42,995 nucleotides of DNA from Reyranella sp. (GCA_030681635.1 JAUXRT010000164.1:1-42995), one strand, 5' to 3'; positions 19,419 to 29,314 are shown, counted from the stretch's first letter. The notes: generated by a model not told the origin, from the sequence alone. A program made the numbers and translations.

Positions 19419-19822
19419 CAGATCACCGTCGGGGACAAGGCAAGGGCCTGCTGCACCAGCCAGATATCCTCCCAGCGCTGGATATCCTCTTCGCCCTTCA
19501 GCGTCTGCGCCTCGAGCGCAGCGTGCAACACGCCGCCGCCTTCCAGCATCCGTCGATAGACGGCCAGCCGCCTGTCCGCATCGGCCGGCAGCATGAAGAG
19601 GCTGTAACAGATCATGCCTTCGAGCTTCGGCAGCTCCGCCAGCACCTCGTTCAGCATGAGGTAGCAGTTCGGCATCGAGTATTCGACGGAAGACAGCAGG
19701 TATTGCAGCTTGTTGCGCTGCGCGTAGTCGCGAACGACGAGGTTCTGCACCGACTGGGGCGTGCGGCTGCCGTTGAGCGGGCGCGTACCGATATAGCCGC
19801 GATAGCCCTTGCGATCAGCCAC
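19418..19822 (-). CDS. Sporadic carbohydrate cluster protein, LIC12192 family (TIGR04323-like)
   Basis: GTG 19822 overlaps the upstream stop; GYRGYIGTRP..G.R.PQSVQNLVVRDY...YLLSSVEY. Adjacent to the companion 2OG oxygenase. Confidence 0.85.
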   Translation of the reverse strand: MADRKGYRGYIGTRPLNGSRTPQSVQNLVVRDYAQRNKLQYLLSSVEYSMPNCYLMLNEVLAELPKLEGMICYSLFMLPADADRRLAVYRRMLEGGGVLHAALEAQTLKGEEDIQRWEDIWLVQQALALSPTVI

Positions 19823-20624
19823 GGAAGTTTCCGGGAGGCCGGTGGGTAAGGCCCAAGCGGGTCGCCGGTCGCAGCGTGATCGGCTCGAAGAACTCCCCCA
19901 GCTTCTTGTCGGCATAGGGGGTGAACAGGCCCTTGAACCGGCAGTTGAAGGTCCATCGCGTCGTCTTCTCGCGATTGATCCTGTTGCCGTGGATCAGGTT
20001 CTGATCGAACAGGAGATACTGGCCGTAGTTGACCGTGAGGTATCGGAACTCCGACTCGTGTTCGCGGAACAGCGCTTCGATGCCCTCCCCTTCGTACCTG
20101 GCGAGCGACGGCGCGATGCGAGCGTTCACCTCAGGGGGCAGGACGAACATGCTCTTGGTGTCGAAGCAATCGACCATCGGCAGCCAGAGCACGACCTCGA
20201 ACGGCGAATCGCCGGACCAGGTGTCGGCATGTGCCGGAAGCAGCGAGCTTTCGTCGTCCGGCAACTGGATCGACAGGTTGACGCGCCGCTGCATGGCAAG
20301 CTCGTTGCCGACCAGCGCATGCAGCGCCTTTTCGGCGAGGCGATAGTAAGCCTCCCGCACCCACGATTCAGCGTTGATCTTGCCGATCAGGCTGACGCGG
20401 AACTCGTTCAGCTTCTCGATCGGGACGAGCTTGTGGATGCCGTCGAGAAAATCCTGCGGTGCGTTGGGCGCCGCCTTGCCGAGTTCGCCCGCGGCCAGCG
20501 CCGCCAGCCGGTCCCGGATGCGCGCGAGCGACGGCATGTCCTCGACCTGGTTGACGACGTACCCGTCCCGCAGGAAGGCCGTGCCGAGGACGCCGTCAGG
20601 ACCGGCGATGAAGCTGCCGCTCAT
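19815..20624 (-). CDS. Sporadic carbohydrate cluster 2OG-Fe(II) oxygenase (TIGR04324-like)
   Basis: Start ATG 20624 (ATGA overlap); VGNELAMQRRVNLSIQLP, HAD (HxD), distal HGN...R, FNCRFKGLFTPY. Confidence 0.87.
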   Translation of the reverse strand: MSGSFIAGPDGVLGTAFLRDGYVVNQVEDMPSLARIRDRLAALAAGELGKAAPNAPQDFLDGIHKLVPIEKLNEFRVSLIGKINAESWVREAYYRLAEKALHALVGNELAMQRRVNLSIQLPDDESSLLPAHADTWSGDSPFEVVLWLPMVDCFDTKSMFVLPPEVNARIAPSLARYEGEGIEALFREHESEFRYLTVNYGQYLLFDQNLIHGNRINREKTTRWTFNCRFKGLFTPYADKKLGEFFEPITLRPATRLGLTHRPPGNFRG

Positions 20625-21760
20625 CGGAAGAAGCCGTTGACGGTGCGCGCGACCTGTTCGATGTCCGCCTCGGTGAGAAACTGGTGGATCGGCAAGGACA
20701 GGATGCGACCGACCTGCCGCTCTGTCACGGGCAGCTCGCCGGGCTTGCAGTCGAGATCCCTGGCCGCCGGCTGTAGATGGATGGGGATCGGGTAGTGGAT
20801 CGCCGACCCGATGCCGCGCTCCTTGAGAAAGGCCTGCAGTTCGTCGCGCCGGTCGACCTGAACGACGAAGGTGTGAAACGTGTTGAACTCTTCCTGGCGG
20901 CAGGGCGGATGGAACACGTATTTCGGGTCGAGTAGCGCGCGGTAGCGCGCGGCATTGTCCCGCCGCTTGCGCGTGACTTCTTCCAAGCTCGACAGGCGGC
21001 GCAGCAACAGGGCGGCCTGCAGCGTGTCCAGGCGGGAATTGAGGCCGAACTCGACCACGGTGTTGCGGTCGACCAGCCCATGATTGCGCAGCAGGCGCAC
21101 GCGGTCTGCGACGTCGGCGCGCTTGGTCGTCAGGAAGCCGGCGTCGCCGGCAGCATTCAGGTTCTTCAGCGGATGGAGCGAGAAGGCCGCGGCGTCTCCC
21201 CAGGCGCCGGCTGCCTTGTCCATGAGCATCGAGCCGATCGCCTGCGCCGCATCCTCGATCACCACCAGCCCGTGCCGGTCGGCGACGGCCTGGATGGCCG
21301 GCATGTCGCACACGCGGCCGGTGAGATGGACGGGCATGATGGCGCGCGTGCGTGGTGTCACCGCCGCTTCGAGCTTCTCGGGATCGAGGCATTGATCGGG
21401 CTTTACGTCGACGAAGACCGGCTTGGCGCCGACATGCACGATCGCCGACGCCGACGCCACGAAGGAATTAGACTGGGTAATCACCTCATCACCGCGTCTG
21501 ACGCCCAGGGCGAGCAAGGCGAGCAAAAGCGCGTCCGTTCCCGAGTTGAGCGCCACGACATGGTCGAATCCGAACTGTTTCGACAATGCCTGCTCGAACG
21601 CCTCGACCGTGTCGCCCAGGATGAAGTTGCCTTCGGCGAACACACGCTCGACGGTCGCGAGAATATCGTCGCGATCCTCGGCGAACTGCGCCTTCAGGTC
21701 GACATAGGCGACGGGCTTAGCGTCGGCGAACGTAGAAATCGCGGACCGTTTCGATGACAT
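20621..21760 (-). CDS. DegT/DnrJ/EryC1/StrS PLP-dependent sugar aminotransferase
   Basis: NSGTDAL, IMPVHLTG, EDAAQA, FSLHPLKNL (PLP Lys), NSRLDTLQA. Confidence 0.93.
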   Translation of the reverse strand: MSSKRSAISTFADAKPVAYVDLKAQFAEDRDDILATVERVFAEGNFILGDTVEAFEQALSKQFGFDHVVALNSGTDALLLALLALGVRRGDEVITQSNSFVASASAIVHVGAKPVFVDVKPDQCLDPEKLEAAVTPRTRAIMPVHLTGRVCDMPAIQAVADRHGLVVIEDAAQAIGSMLMDKAAGAWGDAAAFSLHPLKNLNAAGDAGFLTTKRADVADRVRLLRNHGLVDRNTVVEFGLNSRLDTLQAALLLRRLSSLEEVTRKRRDNAARYRALLDPKYVFHPPCRQEEFNTFHTFVVQVDRRDELQAFLKERGIGSAIHYPIPIHLQPAARDLDCKPGELPVTERQVGRILSLPIHQFLTEADIEQVARTVNGFFR

Positions 21761-22823
21761 GGTCCTGCTCCGTGCGGGACAGGTGTTGATCGACGGGAAA
21801 ACTGAGAACCTGATCGGCTTGCCGGTCCGTAACCGGGAAATCGCCCTGCTTGTAGCCGAAATGGCTCAGGCCCCGCTGGCGATAGACCGGAATGGGATAG
21901 TGCACCTTCGCCGAGATGCCGGCATCGAGGCAGTGCTTGTGAAGCGCGTCGCGATCCTCGGCGAACACCATGTAGAGATGGAAGACGCGCTTGATACGCG
22001 GCGACCGCGACGGGATCTTGACGCCGCTGATCTGGCCGAGATGCCGGTCATAGTAGGCGCCGTTCTCGATGCGCTTGGCGGTGATCTCGGCGGTCTGCGG
22101 GATGAGCCAGTTGCCGACCACCGCCTGCAGCGAGTCGAGGCGGGAATTGTAGCCAAGGATCTCGATCTCGTCGCGGTTGGCCATGCCATGGTTCCGCAGC
22201 AGTCGCAGGCGCGCCGCGACGTCGTCGTCGTTGGTCACAGTGATTCCGCCGTCTCCCCAGACGTTCAGGTTCTTGAGCGGATGCAGGGAAAAGCCGCCGG
22301 CGACGCCCCAGGTGCCGGCACGCTTGCCGTCGCACTCGGCAAGAATAGCCTGGCAGGCATCTTCGACGATCGGCAGATTGTGCTTCTTCGCGATCTTCAC
22401 GAGCTCCGGCATGTCCGGCATCTCGCCCGTGAAATGCACAGGCATGATCGCCTTGGTCCGGGGCGTGATCGCCTTTTCGACCTGGGACACGTCGAGGCAG
22501 AAATTATCGAGAGCGTCGACGAACACCGGCCGGGCGCCCAGCTCGGCGATGGCGCCGACCGTGGCAATGAAGGTGTTGGCCGCGGTGATGACCTCGTCGC
22601 CATGGCCGATGCCCACGGCCTTCAGCGGCAGCTTGAGCGCATCGGTGCCCGAGCCGACGCCGATCGCGTGCTTCACGCCGATCAGGTCGGCGAATCGCTT
22701 CTCGAATTCGCCAAGCGGCTTGCCCAGCGTGAAGTCGCCGGTCGCAACCAGCTTCTTGATCTCGGCGAGGATCGGATCGGGATCGGCGAATTGCTGGCCG
22801 AGATAGGAGTAGCGGACCTTCAT
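21717..22823 (-). CDS. DegT/DnrJ/EryC1/StrS PLP-dependent sugar aminotransferase
   Basis: GSGTDAL, EDACQA, FSLHPLKNL, NSRLDSLQA. Confidence 0.93.
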   Translation of the reverse strand: MKVRYSYLGQQFADPDPILAEIKKLVATGDFTLGKPLGEFEKRFADLIGVKHAIGVGSGTDALKLPLKAVGIGHGDEVITAANTFIATVGAIAELGARPVFVDALDNFCLDVSQVEKAITPRTKAIMPVHFTGEMPDMPELVKIAKKHNLPIVEDACQAILAECDGKRAGTWGVAGGFSLHPLKNLNVWGDGGITVTNDDDVAARLRLLRNHGMANRDEIEILGYNSRLDSLQAVVGNWLIPQTAEITAKRIENGAYYDRHLGQISGVKIPSRSPRIKRVFHLYMVFAEDRDALHKHCLDAGISAKVHYPIPVYRQRGLSHFGYKQGDFPVTDRQADQVLSFPVDQHLSRTEQDHVIETVRDFYVRRR

Positions 22824-23731
22824 GACTTGAGCACCGATTGCGCAATACCCTTCGGATCGAGGCCGGCGACCTCGAGCAGATGTTCCTGGCTCCCGTAATC
22901 GTCGGGGAAGCTGTCAGGCAGGGCAAGCCGCAGCAATGGCGTCGGCAGCCGATTGTCGATCAACAACTCGGCGACCGCCGACCCGAGGCCGCCGATGCGC
23001 GAATGCTCCTCGACCGTGACGAGGCGCGGCACGCGGCGCGCCAGCGCCAGCAAGGCAACGTCGTCCAGCGGCTTGACGGTCGGCATGTGCAGGACGCCGG
23101 CTTCGATGCCATGCTCGGCGAGGAGTGCCGCAGCGCCCAAGGCGCGGCTTGCCATGACGCCGGTGGTCACGAAAGCAACATCCTTCGCCGGCTTCAGCTC
23201 GACGGACTTGCCCAGGGTGAAGACCTGATCCGCAGGCGTCACCACCTTGTCGCCGCCCTTGCCGAGACGGATGTAGATCGGGCTCGGATAGTCGAGCGTG
23301 GCCAGCATGAAGCGCTTCATCTCTTCGGCGTCGGCCACCGCCGTCACCGCCATGTTCGGCAGGGCGCGCATGATCGCCAGGTCCTCGATCGCCATGTGGG
23401 TCGGTCCCAGCGGCGCATAAACCAAGCCGCCGCCGTTCGCGATCAGGCGGACGGGAAGGTTGTGAAGGCACAGGTCCACGGCAACCTGCTCGTAGCAACG
23501 CCGCGTGATGAAGGTCGCGATCGTGTTCACATAGGGGATATAGCCATCCATCGCGAGGCCGGCGGCCAATCCGATGATCGCCGCTTCCGAAACGCCTTCC
23601 ATGTAGAAGCGGTCGGGGAATTCCTGGCGCATGGCGTCGAGGGCGCCGGCGCCGAGATCGGAGCCGACGAAGACGACGCGGGGATCGCGCCGGGCCAGCT
23701 CATGGACCATCCGGAGGCTCGTTTCGCGCAT
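22820..23731 (-). CDS. Transketolase, C-terminal subunit
   Basis: ATG 23731; GSDLG, EGVSEA, RRCYEQ, GPTHMAIED, YIRLGKG, VKPLD, EEH...GGLGS. Confidence 0.92.
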   Translation of the reverse strand: MRETSLRMVHELARRDPRVVFVGSDLGAGALDAMRQEFPDRFYMEGVSEAAIIGLAAGLAMDGYIPYVNTIATFITRRCYEQVAVDLCLHNLPVRLIANGGGLVYAPLGPTHMAIEDLAIMRALPNMAVTAVADAEEMKRFMLATLDYPSPIYIRLGKGGDKVVTPADQVFTLGKSVELKPAKDVAFVTTGVMASRALGAAALLAEHGIEAGVLHMPTVKPLDDVALLALARRVPRLVTVEEHSRIGGLGSAVAELLIDNRLPTPLLRLALPDSFPDDYGSQEHLLEVAGLDPKGIAQSVLKS

Positions 23732-24558
23732 CAGGTGGCTGCCAGGGCATGGCGGAGTTCGGCAACCTGCTCGGGTGCCAGCTTGGCCTTGTGGTGCCAA
23801 CTCGCGTTGTGCTCGCAGATCGGGATGCCGCGGCCTTTGACGGTGTGGCAGATGACGGCGCGCGGACGATTGGGCGTGCCCGGCGCGGCGAAGACCTGGC
23901 GCAGGGCAGCGACGTCGTGCCCGTCGACTTCCGAAACGCCGAAGCCGAACGCCTCGAATTTTGCGCCCAGCGGCTCGAGCGGCAGGATGTCGGCGACGCG
24001 CCCGTAGGACTGCATCTTGTTGTAGTCGACGATCAGGCAGAGATTGGACAGCGCGTGCTTGGAGGCGATCAGCGCACTCTCCCACACCGATCCTTCGTTC
24101 AGTTCGCCGTCGCCGGTCAGCACGAAGACACGCGAGTTGCGCTTCTGCATGCGGGCAGCGAGCGCCATGCCGACGCCGATACCGAGCCCGTGGCCCAGCG
24201 CGCCGGTCGACGCCTCGACGCCGGGCGTGCGGATTTCGGGATGGCCGCCCAGCAGCGCGCCCGGGCGGCACTGCTGCGCGATTTCCGACCGGTCAAAGAA
24301 CCCCTTGTCCGCCAGCATCGCATAAAGGCCGAGGCATCCATGGCCCTTCGACAGGATGAACCGGTCGCGATCCGGCCAGCGAGGCTCGGAGGGGCGCACC
24401 TTCAAAACGTCGTCGTACAGGACACGGACGATCTCGATGATCGACAGGGCGGCGCCGACATGGCCGCGACCGCCGCCGTCGAGGGCGTCGATGACCATGG
24501 ACCTGAGGTCGCGGGACCGCTGATCAAGGCTGGAATTGGTCTGGGAAGCTTGCTGCAC
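23731..24558 (-). CDS. Transketolase, N-terminal (ThDP-binding) subunit
   Basis: GHVGAALS, RDRFILSKGH, STGALGHG, GDGELNEGSVWE...DYN, VDGHD, TVKGRG, WHH. Start probably GTG 24558. Confidence 0.92.
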   Translation of the reverse strand: MQQASQTNSSLDQRSRDLRSMVIDALDGGGRGHVGAALSIIEIVRVLYDDVLKVRPSEPRWPDRDRFILSKGHGCLGLYAMLADKGFFDRSEIAQQCRPGALLGGHPEIRTPGVEASTGALGHGLGIGVGMALAARMQKRNSRVFVLTGDGELNEGSVWESALIASKHALSNLCLIVDYNKMQSYGRVADILPLEPLGAKFEAFGFGVSEVDGHDVAALRQVFAAPGTPNRPRAVICHTVKGRGIPICEHNASWHHKAKLAPEQVAELRHALAAT

Positions 24559-24565
24559 AGAGTGG

Positions 24566-25567
24566 CTATATTCGATGCGCGATGCTGCTGTAAAGGATGC
24601 GCGCCTTGGCCAATTGGCGCGCCTGTGCAGCACTTGCCTCCTCCAGCTGGCCGGCATACCGCCGGCGGGCAAGGCCCAGCGCCAGAAACTCGTTCAGCAG
24701 AATCAGGCACCAACGCAGACCGATGAGCGGCCGATAGACGGCTATCCGTTGTCGATAGCCAGGATCGTCCTGTGCCTGGTGTTCAAACCCTGTGGCGAAA
24801 AGACCCTGTTCCGCCGGACTCAAGCCCATCCCCGGATGCCAGTGTACGTCGCAAGCGAGCTTGGCCGGATCGTCCCAGCCAAAGTACTCGAAATCCAGAA
24901 AGACGAGATTGCCGGAAGGGCGGCGAAGGGCGTTGTGAAAGCCAAAGTCGGATGGCGAGAGGACACGGGAGTTTTGAGGAAGTCGTGCCGCAGCTTCCAA
25001 AGCCTCGAGAGCAGCCCGCCGGCGAACGGCATACTCCGCCCGAACCTCTCCCAGAAAATCGGCGAGGTCGGCATTGGCTGCCGCAACCGGCTCGAGGCGC
25101 TTGAAGCGCCAGTCCATCTGCAACAACAGGTCGGCCAGACACAGGCAGGCTTCCCGAGCCTCCGTAAACTGTTCGCCTGTCGCCACCGCTCCAAGCCTCC
25201 GGAGCGCGCCCGCGAACTCGAGGGCGGCGGCAATGTCGGCCTCGCTGCGTTCGCCAATCCGGGCGCCCTCGACCCATTCGATGGCCGACCAGCCCGAGGC
25301 GGGTTCATGTGCAATTGGTCTGGGGATTGACCCGGGGAGATGACGAGCCATGAAGACCAGGGCGGTCCACTCATGGGCAAGACGATCCCAATCGTCGCTG
25401 TCGGCCGGCTTGTAGCTCTTCAGGGCGACGGTGCCCGTCGCTGTTTCGACCTTGAACAGTCGATTGTTGCCGCCGCCCCTGACGGCTTCGATTGTCTTTG
25501 GCGCTTGCGCCAGCAGCCGGCGTGCCGCCCTGTCGGCTGCTTCGATATTCGGGTCGTCCAACACCAT
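24566..25567 (-). CDS. Aminoglycoside phosphotransferase/choline kinase-like protein
   Basis: GGGNNRLFKV, ALKSY, Brenner-like SPSDFGFHN, FLDFEYFGWDDP. Confidence 0.82.
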   Translation of the reverse strand: MVLDDPNIEAADRAARRLLAQAPKTIEAVRGGGNNRLFKVETATGTVALKSYKPADSDDWDRLAHEWTALVFMARHLPGSIPRPIAHEPASGWSAIEWVEGARIGERSEADIAAALEFAGALRRLGAVATGEQFTEAREACLCLADLLLQMDWRFKRLEPVAAANADLADFLGEVRAEYAVRRRAALEALEAAARLPQNSRVLSPSDFGFHNALRRPSGNLVFLDFEYFGWDDPAKLACDVHWHPGMGLSPAEQGLFATGFEHQAQDDPGYRQRIAVYRPLIGLRWCLILLNEFLALGLARRRYAGQLEEASAAQARQLAKARILYSSIAHRI

Positions 25568-25899
25568 GCGGCCATACTAACACAGCGCGCAATCTGCCGA
25601 CGAAGGGACATGCTCACGGCAGCAGGAATGCCCGCACCGCGGGCTTTCTGCCCGCGTGGAAGTGGATTCCCATGCCGCGTTATTCCGCCTCTTTTTTACT
25701 GTTGCGCATTCATATTTTGGCGTAATTGGGGAACGCTTGGCGAGAGAATCGAGGAGTCCCGTGGTTGGTGCAGAGGGGCTGGCCATGCCGGGCGACGCGC
25801 CATACAAGCATACCGCCAGTTGCCCTCCGGCGGCTGGGCCGAAGGCCGAAGCACAGGTGCTTTCCTTCGCTTGCGAACCAGATCGTGGTGTCGATAGCC

Positions 25900-26430
25900 G
25901 TGGATGAAAAGTACCGTACGCAGAATCCGGAAGTGCTGTACACGCGCGATACCTTGACGAGTGTCGACCGGGCCGAAATCAACCATTTCAAGCAGCTGTC
26001 GTCGGCGAACCCCAGGAAGCGTGTTCGCCTCTGCGCGCATACGGACCCGGCAGATCGCCTGCATGAAATGCTGATCGTCCACGAGCGCGGCGCTTATGTG
26101 CGGCCGCACAAGCATCCGGGGAAGACCGAGTCGACCCACGTCATCGAAGGTCTGGTCGATGTCGTCGTGTTTGCCGACGATGGGCAGATCGTGAAGGTGC
26201 TGCGTGTCGGCGACTACGCCTCCGGGCGGACCTTCTACTACCGGATGGGCGCTCCGGCCTTCCACACGCTTCTCATCCGGTCGGAGGTCCTGGTTTTCCA
26301 CGAGATCACCAATGGCCCCTTCGACCGCAGTGATACTGTGTTCGCGCCCTGGGCGCCGCCCGATCACGACGGCGAGGCCGTCGGGCGATACATCGCTGAA
26401 CTCGAGGACAAAGTAAGGCATATGGAATGA
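25900..26430 (+). CDS. WbuC-family cupin-fold metalloprotein
   Basis: NPRKRVRLCAH, HEMLI, YVRPHKH..KTES, FHT, FHE...GPF, FAPWAP. Start probably GTG 25900. Confidence 0.88.
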   Translation: MDEKYRTQNPEVLYTRDTLTSVDRAEINHFKQLSSANPRKRVRLCAHTDPADRLHEMLIVHERGAYVRPHKHPGKTESTHVIEGLVDVVVFADDGQIVKVLRVGDYASGRTFYYRMGAPAFHTLLIRSEVLVFHEITNGPFDRSDTVFAPWAPPDHDGEAVGRYIAELEDKVRHME

Positions 26431-27689
26431 CTGAGGGGAAAAGCGACGTGGCTGAAATCATCCATCGGCGCAGCGACTGTCGCGCATGCGGCTCTGCAGA
26501 GCTGGAGCTGTTCTTCAGCCTGAAGCCGACGCCGATCGGCGATGCCTACGTGACGGCCGACAAAGTTGACGTGCCGCAGCCCAGCTATCCGATCGACCTG
26601 TTCATGTGCCAGCGGTGCGGCCTGGCACAACTTATCGACATCATCGATCCGAACGTCCTGTACGGCGACTATATCTATGTCACGGCAAGCTCGCTGGGCC
26701 TGGCCGAGCACTTCGGTGGCTACGCGGATGCAGTGATAAAGCGGACGAACCTGCGCCCGGGCTCTTTGGTCGTCGACCTCGGCAGCAACGACGGCACCCT
26801 GTTGAAGCAGTTCAAATCGAGGGGGATGAACGTCCTGGGCGTCGAGCCGGCCAGCCATATCGCCGCCGAGGCGACGGCCGCCGGCGTAAAGACCGTCGAC
26901 AGGTTCTTCACGCCGACGGTCGCCAGGCAGCTCGCCGCGGAATTCGGCCACGCCAGAGTCGTGACGGCCAACAACGTCTTCGCGAACATCGACGACCTGA
27001 AGACATGGGTCTACGGCATCGACGCCTTGCTCGCCCCGGACGGCGTGTTTGTCTGCGAGAGCTACTATCTCGCCGACGTCCTGCAGAACATGGTGTTCGA
27101 CTTCATCTATCACGAGCACCTGTCGGCCTTCTCCGTCAGGCCCATCCAGGCCTTGTTCGCGCGCGCCGGGCTGGAACTCGCCGCCGTCGAGCGCGTGCCG
27201 ACCAAGGGCGGCTCTCTGCGCTATTTCGTTCATCGCCCCGGTGGCCCGGTCGCGAACGACCGCTCAGTCAAGGAACTGCTGGCCCTGGAAGAGCGGATGG
27301 GACTTTACCGGAAGGAAACCTATTCGACGTTCGCTGCCAACGTCAACGGCCTGAAGGGCGGCACCAAGGCGCTGCTGGCGAAGCTCAAGGCTGAGGGCAA
27401 GAGCATCGCCGCCTTCGGCGCCTCCATTACTGGAACGACGCTGATCTATCATTTCGAGATCGGCGAGTTTCTCGACTTTCTCGCCGACGACAACCCGGCG
27501 AAACAGGGACGATTCAGCCCCGGGCTCCACCTCCCCGTCCTGCCCTCGGCCAGCCTGTGCCAGCGACAGCCGGACTATGTCGTGATACTCGCGTGGCGGT
27601 TTGCCGGCGAGATCATCCGAAAGAACCAGGCCTATCTCGACCGGGGGGGACACTTCATCGTTCCCGTTCCCGAATTGAAAGTAATATGA
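26427..27689 (+). CDS. NDP-sugar C-methyltransferase family (Zn-binding)
   Basis: CRAC...CQRC, DLGSNDG, FDFIYHEH, GGSLR, DDNPAKQGRFSPG, LAWRF. Confidence 0.9.
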   Translation: MTEGKSDVAEIIHRRSDCRACGSAELELFFSLKPTPIGDAYVTADKVDVPQPSYPIDLFMCQRCGLAQLIDIIDPNVLYGDYIYVTASSLGLAEHFGGYADAVIKRTNLRPGSLVVDLGSNDGTLLKQFKSRGMNVLGVEPASHIAAEATAAGVKTVDRFFTPTVARQLAAEFGHARVVTANNVFANIDDLKTWVYGIDALLAPDGVFVCESYYLADVLQNMVFDFIYHEHLSAFSVRPIQALFARAGLELAAVERVPTKGGSLRYFVHRPGGPVANDRSVKELLALEERMGLYRKETYSTFAANVNGLKGGTKALLAKLKAEGKSIAAFGASITGTTLIYHFEIGEFLDFLADDNPAKQGRFSPGLHLPVLPSASLCQRQPDYVVILAWRFAGEIIRKNQAYLDRGGHFIVPVPELKVI

Positions 27690-27732
27690 GGACAGGCCAG
27701 CGCCTAGGTCCGCCACGAGAGATGAACGATCA

Positions 27733-29256
27733 ATGTCTAACGCAAAAATCCTGACGCTTGACGCGCTCGAGGCGAAGGCGCGCGAGCTTCGCGACTCCGG
27801 CCGCAGCATCGTGATGTGCCACGGAACCTTCGACCTGATGCATACGGGGCACATCAGGCATCTGCAGCGGGCGAAGGCCGAGGGCGATATCCTGTTCGTC
27901 ACGCTGACCGCCGATGCTTACGTGAACAAGGGGCCGGGCCGGCCGGCCTTTGGCGAGGATCTGAGGGCCGAGACCTTGGCGTCGCTTGCGTGTGTGGATT
28001 TCGTCGCGATCAACCATGAGCAGGCCGCGATCGCGGCGATCAAGCGCCTGCGGCCACATGTTTATGTCAAAGGAAGTGAGTATCGCGCGGCGCAGGACGA
28101 CGTCACCGGCAACATCACGCGCGAAAAGGACGCCGTGGAGTCGGGCGGAGGACGAATCTTTTATACCGACGAGATCACTTTCAGCTCGAGCAGCCTGCTC
28201 AATGAGCACTTCGGCGTGTTCTCGGCCGAAACCAAGGATTATCTCCAGGCGTTCCGCAAGCAGTACGGTTTCAAGGACATCATCCAACTGGTGAAGGGCC
28301 TGTCGCGTCTAAGGGTGCTGATCGTCGGAGACACGATCATCGATCAATATCACTACATCAAGTCGCTGGGTCAGGTTGGCAAGGGACTGGCGCTGGCGGT
28401 CAAATACGAGTCCGAGGAGCAATTCGCCGGCGGTTCGATCGCCGTTGCGAACCATCTCGCCGGCTTCGCCGGCGACATCACCCTGGTGACGGCGCTTGGC
28501 AAGATCGAAACGCACGAGTCGTTCATCCGCTCGAAGCTGCAGCCCAATGTCAGGCCGGAATTCTTCTACGTCGACGATGCGCGAACTGTGACCAAACGGC
28601 GCTTCGTCGACTCGGATCTCAACAAGCTGTTCGAAGTCTATTTCTTCAACGAAGAGCCCCTGCCGGAGAGCGTCGACCGGGCTGCGTGCACCTGGCTGGG
28701 CGCCAATCTGGAAAAATACGACGTCGTCGTCGTTCCCGATTTCGGCAACGGCTTCATCTCCGAGCGCATGGTCGAGATCCTGTGCGCCAAGGCGCGGTAC
28801 CTGGCGGTGAATACGCAGCTCAACAGCGGCAATCGCGGACATCACGTCATCAATCGCTACGCGCGTGCCGACTTCGTGTCGATCAACGAACCCGAGCTTA
28901 GGCTTGCCGCGCACAACCGGCACGCGCCCATCGAGGAGATCGCGGAAGTGGTCGGGCAGAAGGTCAAGGCCGAGCACATCGCCATCACGCGCGGCGTCAA
29001 AGGCGTCATGTTCAACGACCGCAAGCGGAAGAACACGTTCTATGTGCCGGCCCTGTCGACCAAGGTGCTGGACCGCATCGGCGCAGGCGACGCGTTCCTG
29101 GCCCTGGCCGGGCTGTGCATCGGCGGCGGCCTGCCCGCGGAAGTGGCCGCCTATGTCGGGAGCGTTTCGGCTGCGCTCGAAGTGCAGATCGTCGGCAATC
29201 GGGATCCCGTAGATTCGGTGGCGCTGTTCAAATACATCACGACGCTGCTGAAATGA
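27733..29256 (+). CDS. Bifunctional cytidylyltransferase-like / PfkB sugar kinase (HldE-like, reversed domain order)
   Basis: N-terminal HGTFDLMHTGH, NKGPGRP, KGSEY, FSSS; C-terminal VGDTIIDQY, DFGNG, INEPE, DRIGAGD. Confidence 0.9.
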   Translation: MSNAKILTLDALEAKARELRDSGRSIVMCHGTFDLMHTGHIRHLQRAKAEGDILFVTLTADAYVNKGPGRPAFGEDLRAETLASLACVDFVAINHEQAAIAAIKRLRPHVYVKGSEYRAAQDDVTGNITREKDAVESGGGRIFYTDEITFSSSSLLNEHFGVFSAETKDYLQAFRKQYGFKDIIQLVKGLSRLRVLIVGDTIIDQYHYIKSLGQVGKGLALAVKYESEEQFAGGSIAVANHLAGFAGDITLVTALGKIETHESFIRSKLQPNVRPEFFYVDDARTVTKRRFVDSDLNKLFEVYFFNEEPLPESVDRAACTWLGANLEKYDVVVVPDFGNGFISERMVEILCAKARYLAVNTQLNSGNRGHHVINRYARADFVSINEPELRLAAHNRHAPIEEIAEVVGQKVKAEHIAITRGVKGVMFNDRKRKNTFYVPALSTKVLDRIGAGDAFLALAGLCIGGGLPAEVAAYVGSVSAALEVQIVGNRDPVDSVALFKYITTLLK

Positions 29257-29314
29257 TTGTGGCTGTCCGCCGGCGGGCGGGATATTAAGCAGTCAGCGGA
29301 ACCGGAAGAGGATC

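Noticed and set aside
17745-19559. 604-aa plus-strand ORF, and many similar long overlapping ORFs (21759-22898, 22838-24007, 29794-30915, 38751-39962)
   Set aside because: These are antisense shadows of well-supported GC-rich genes and contain no recognisable motifs.
24566-25567. APH-family gene as an antibiotic resistance determinant
   Set aside because: The catalytic motif is divergent and the gene heads a biosynthetic operon; a pathway kinase is more plausible.
25638-25656. Hairpin CGCGGGC-tttct-GCCCGCG
   Set aside because: A 7-bp GC stem between divergent starts with no U-tract; expected by chance and not a terminator.
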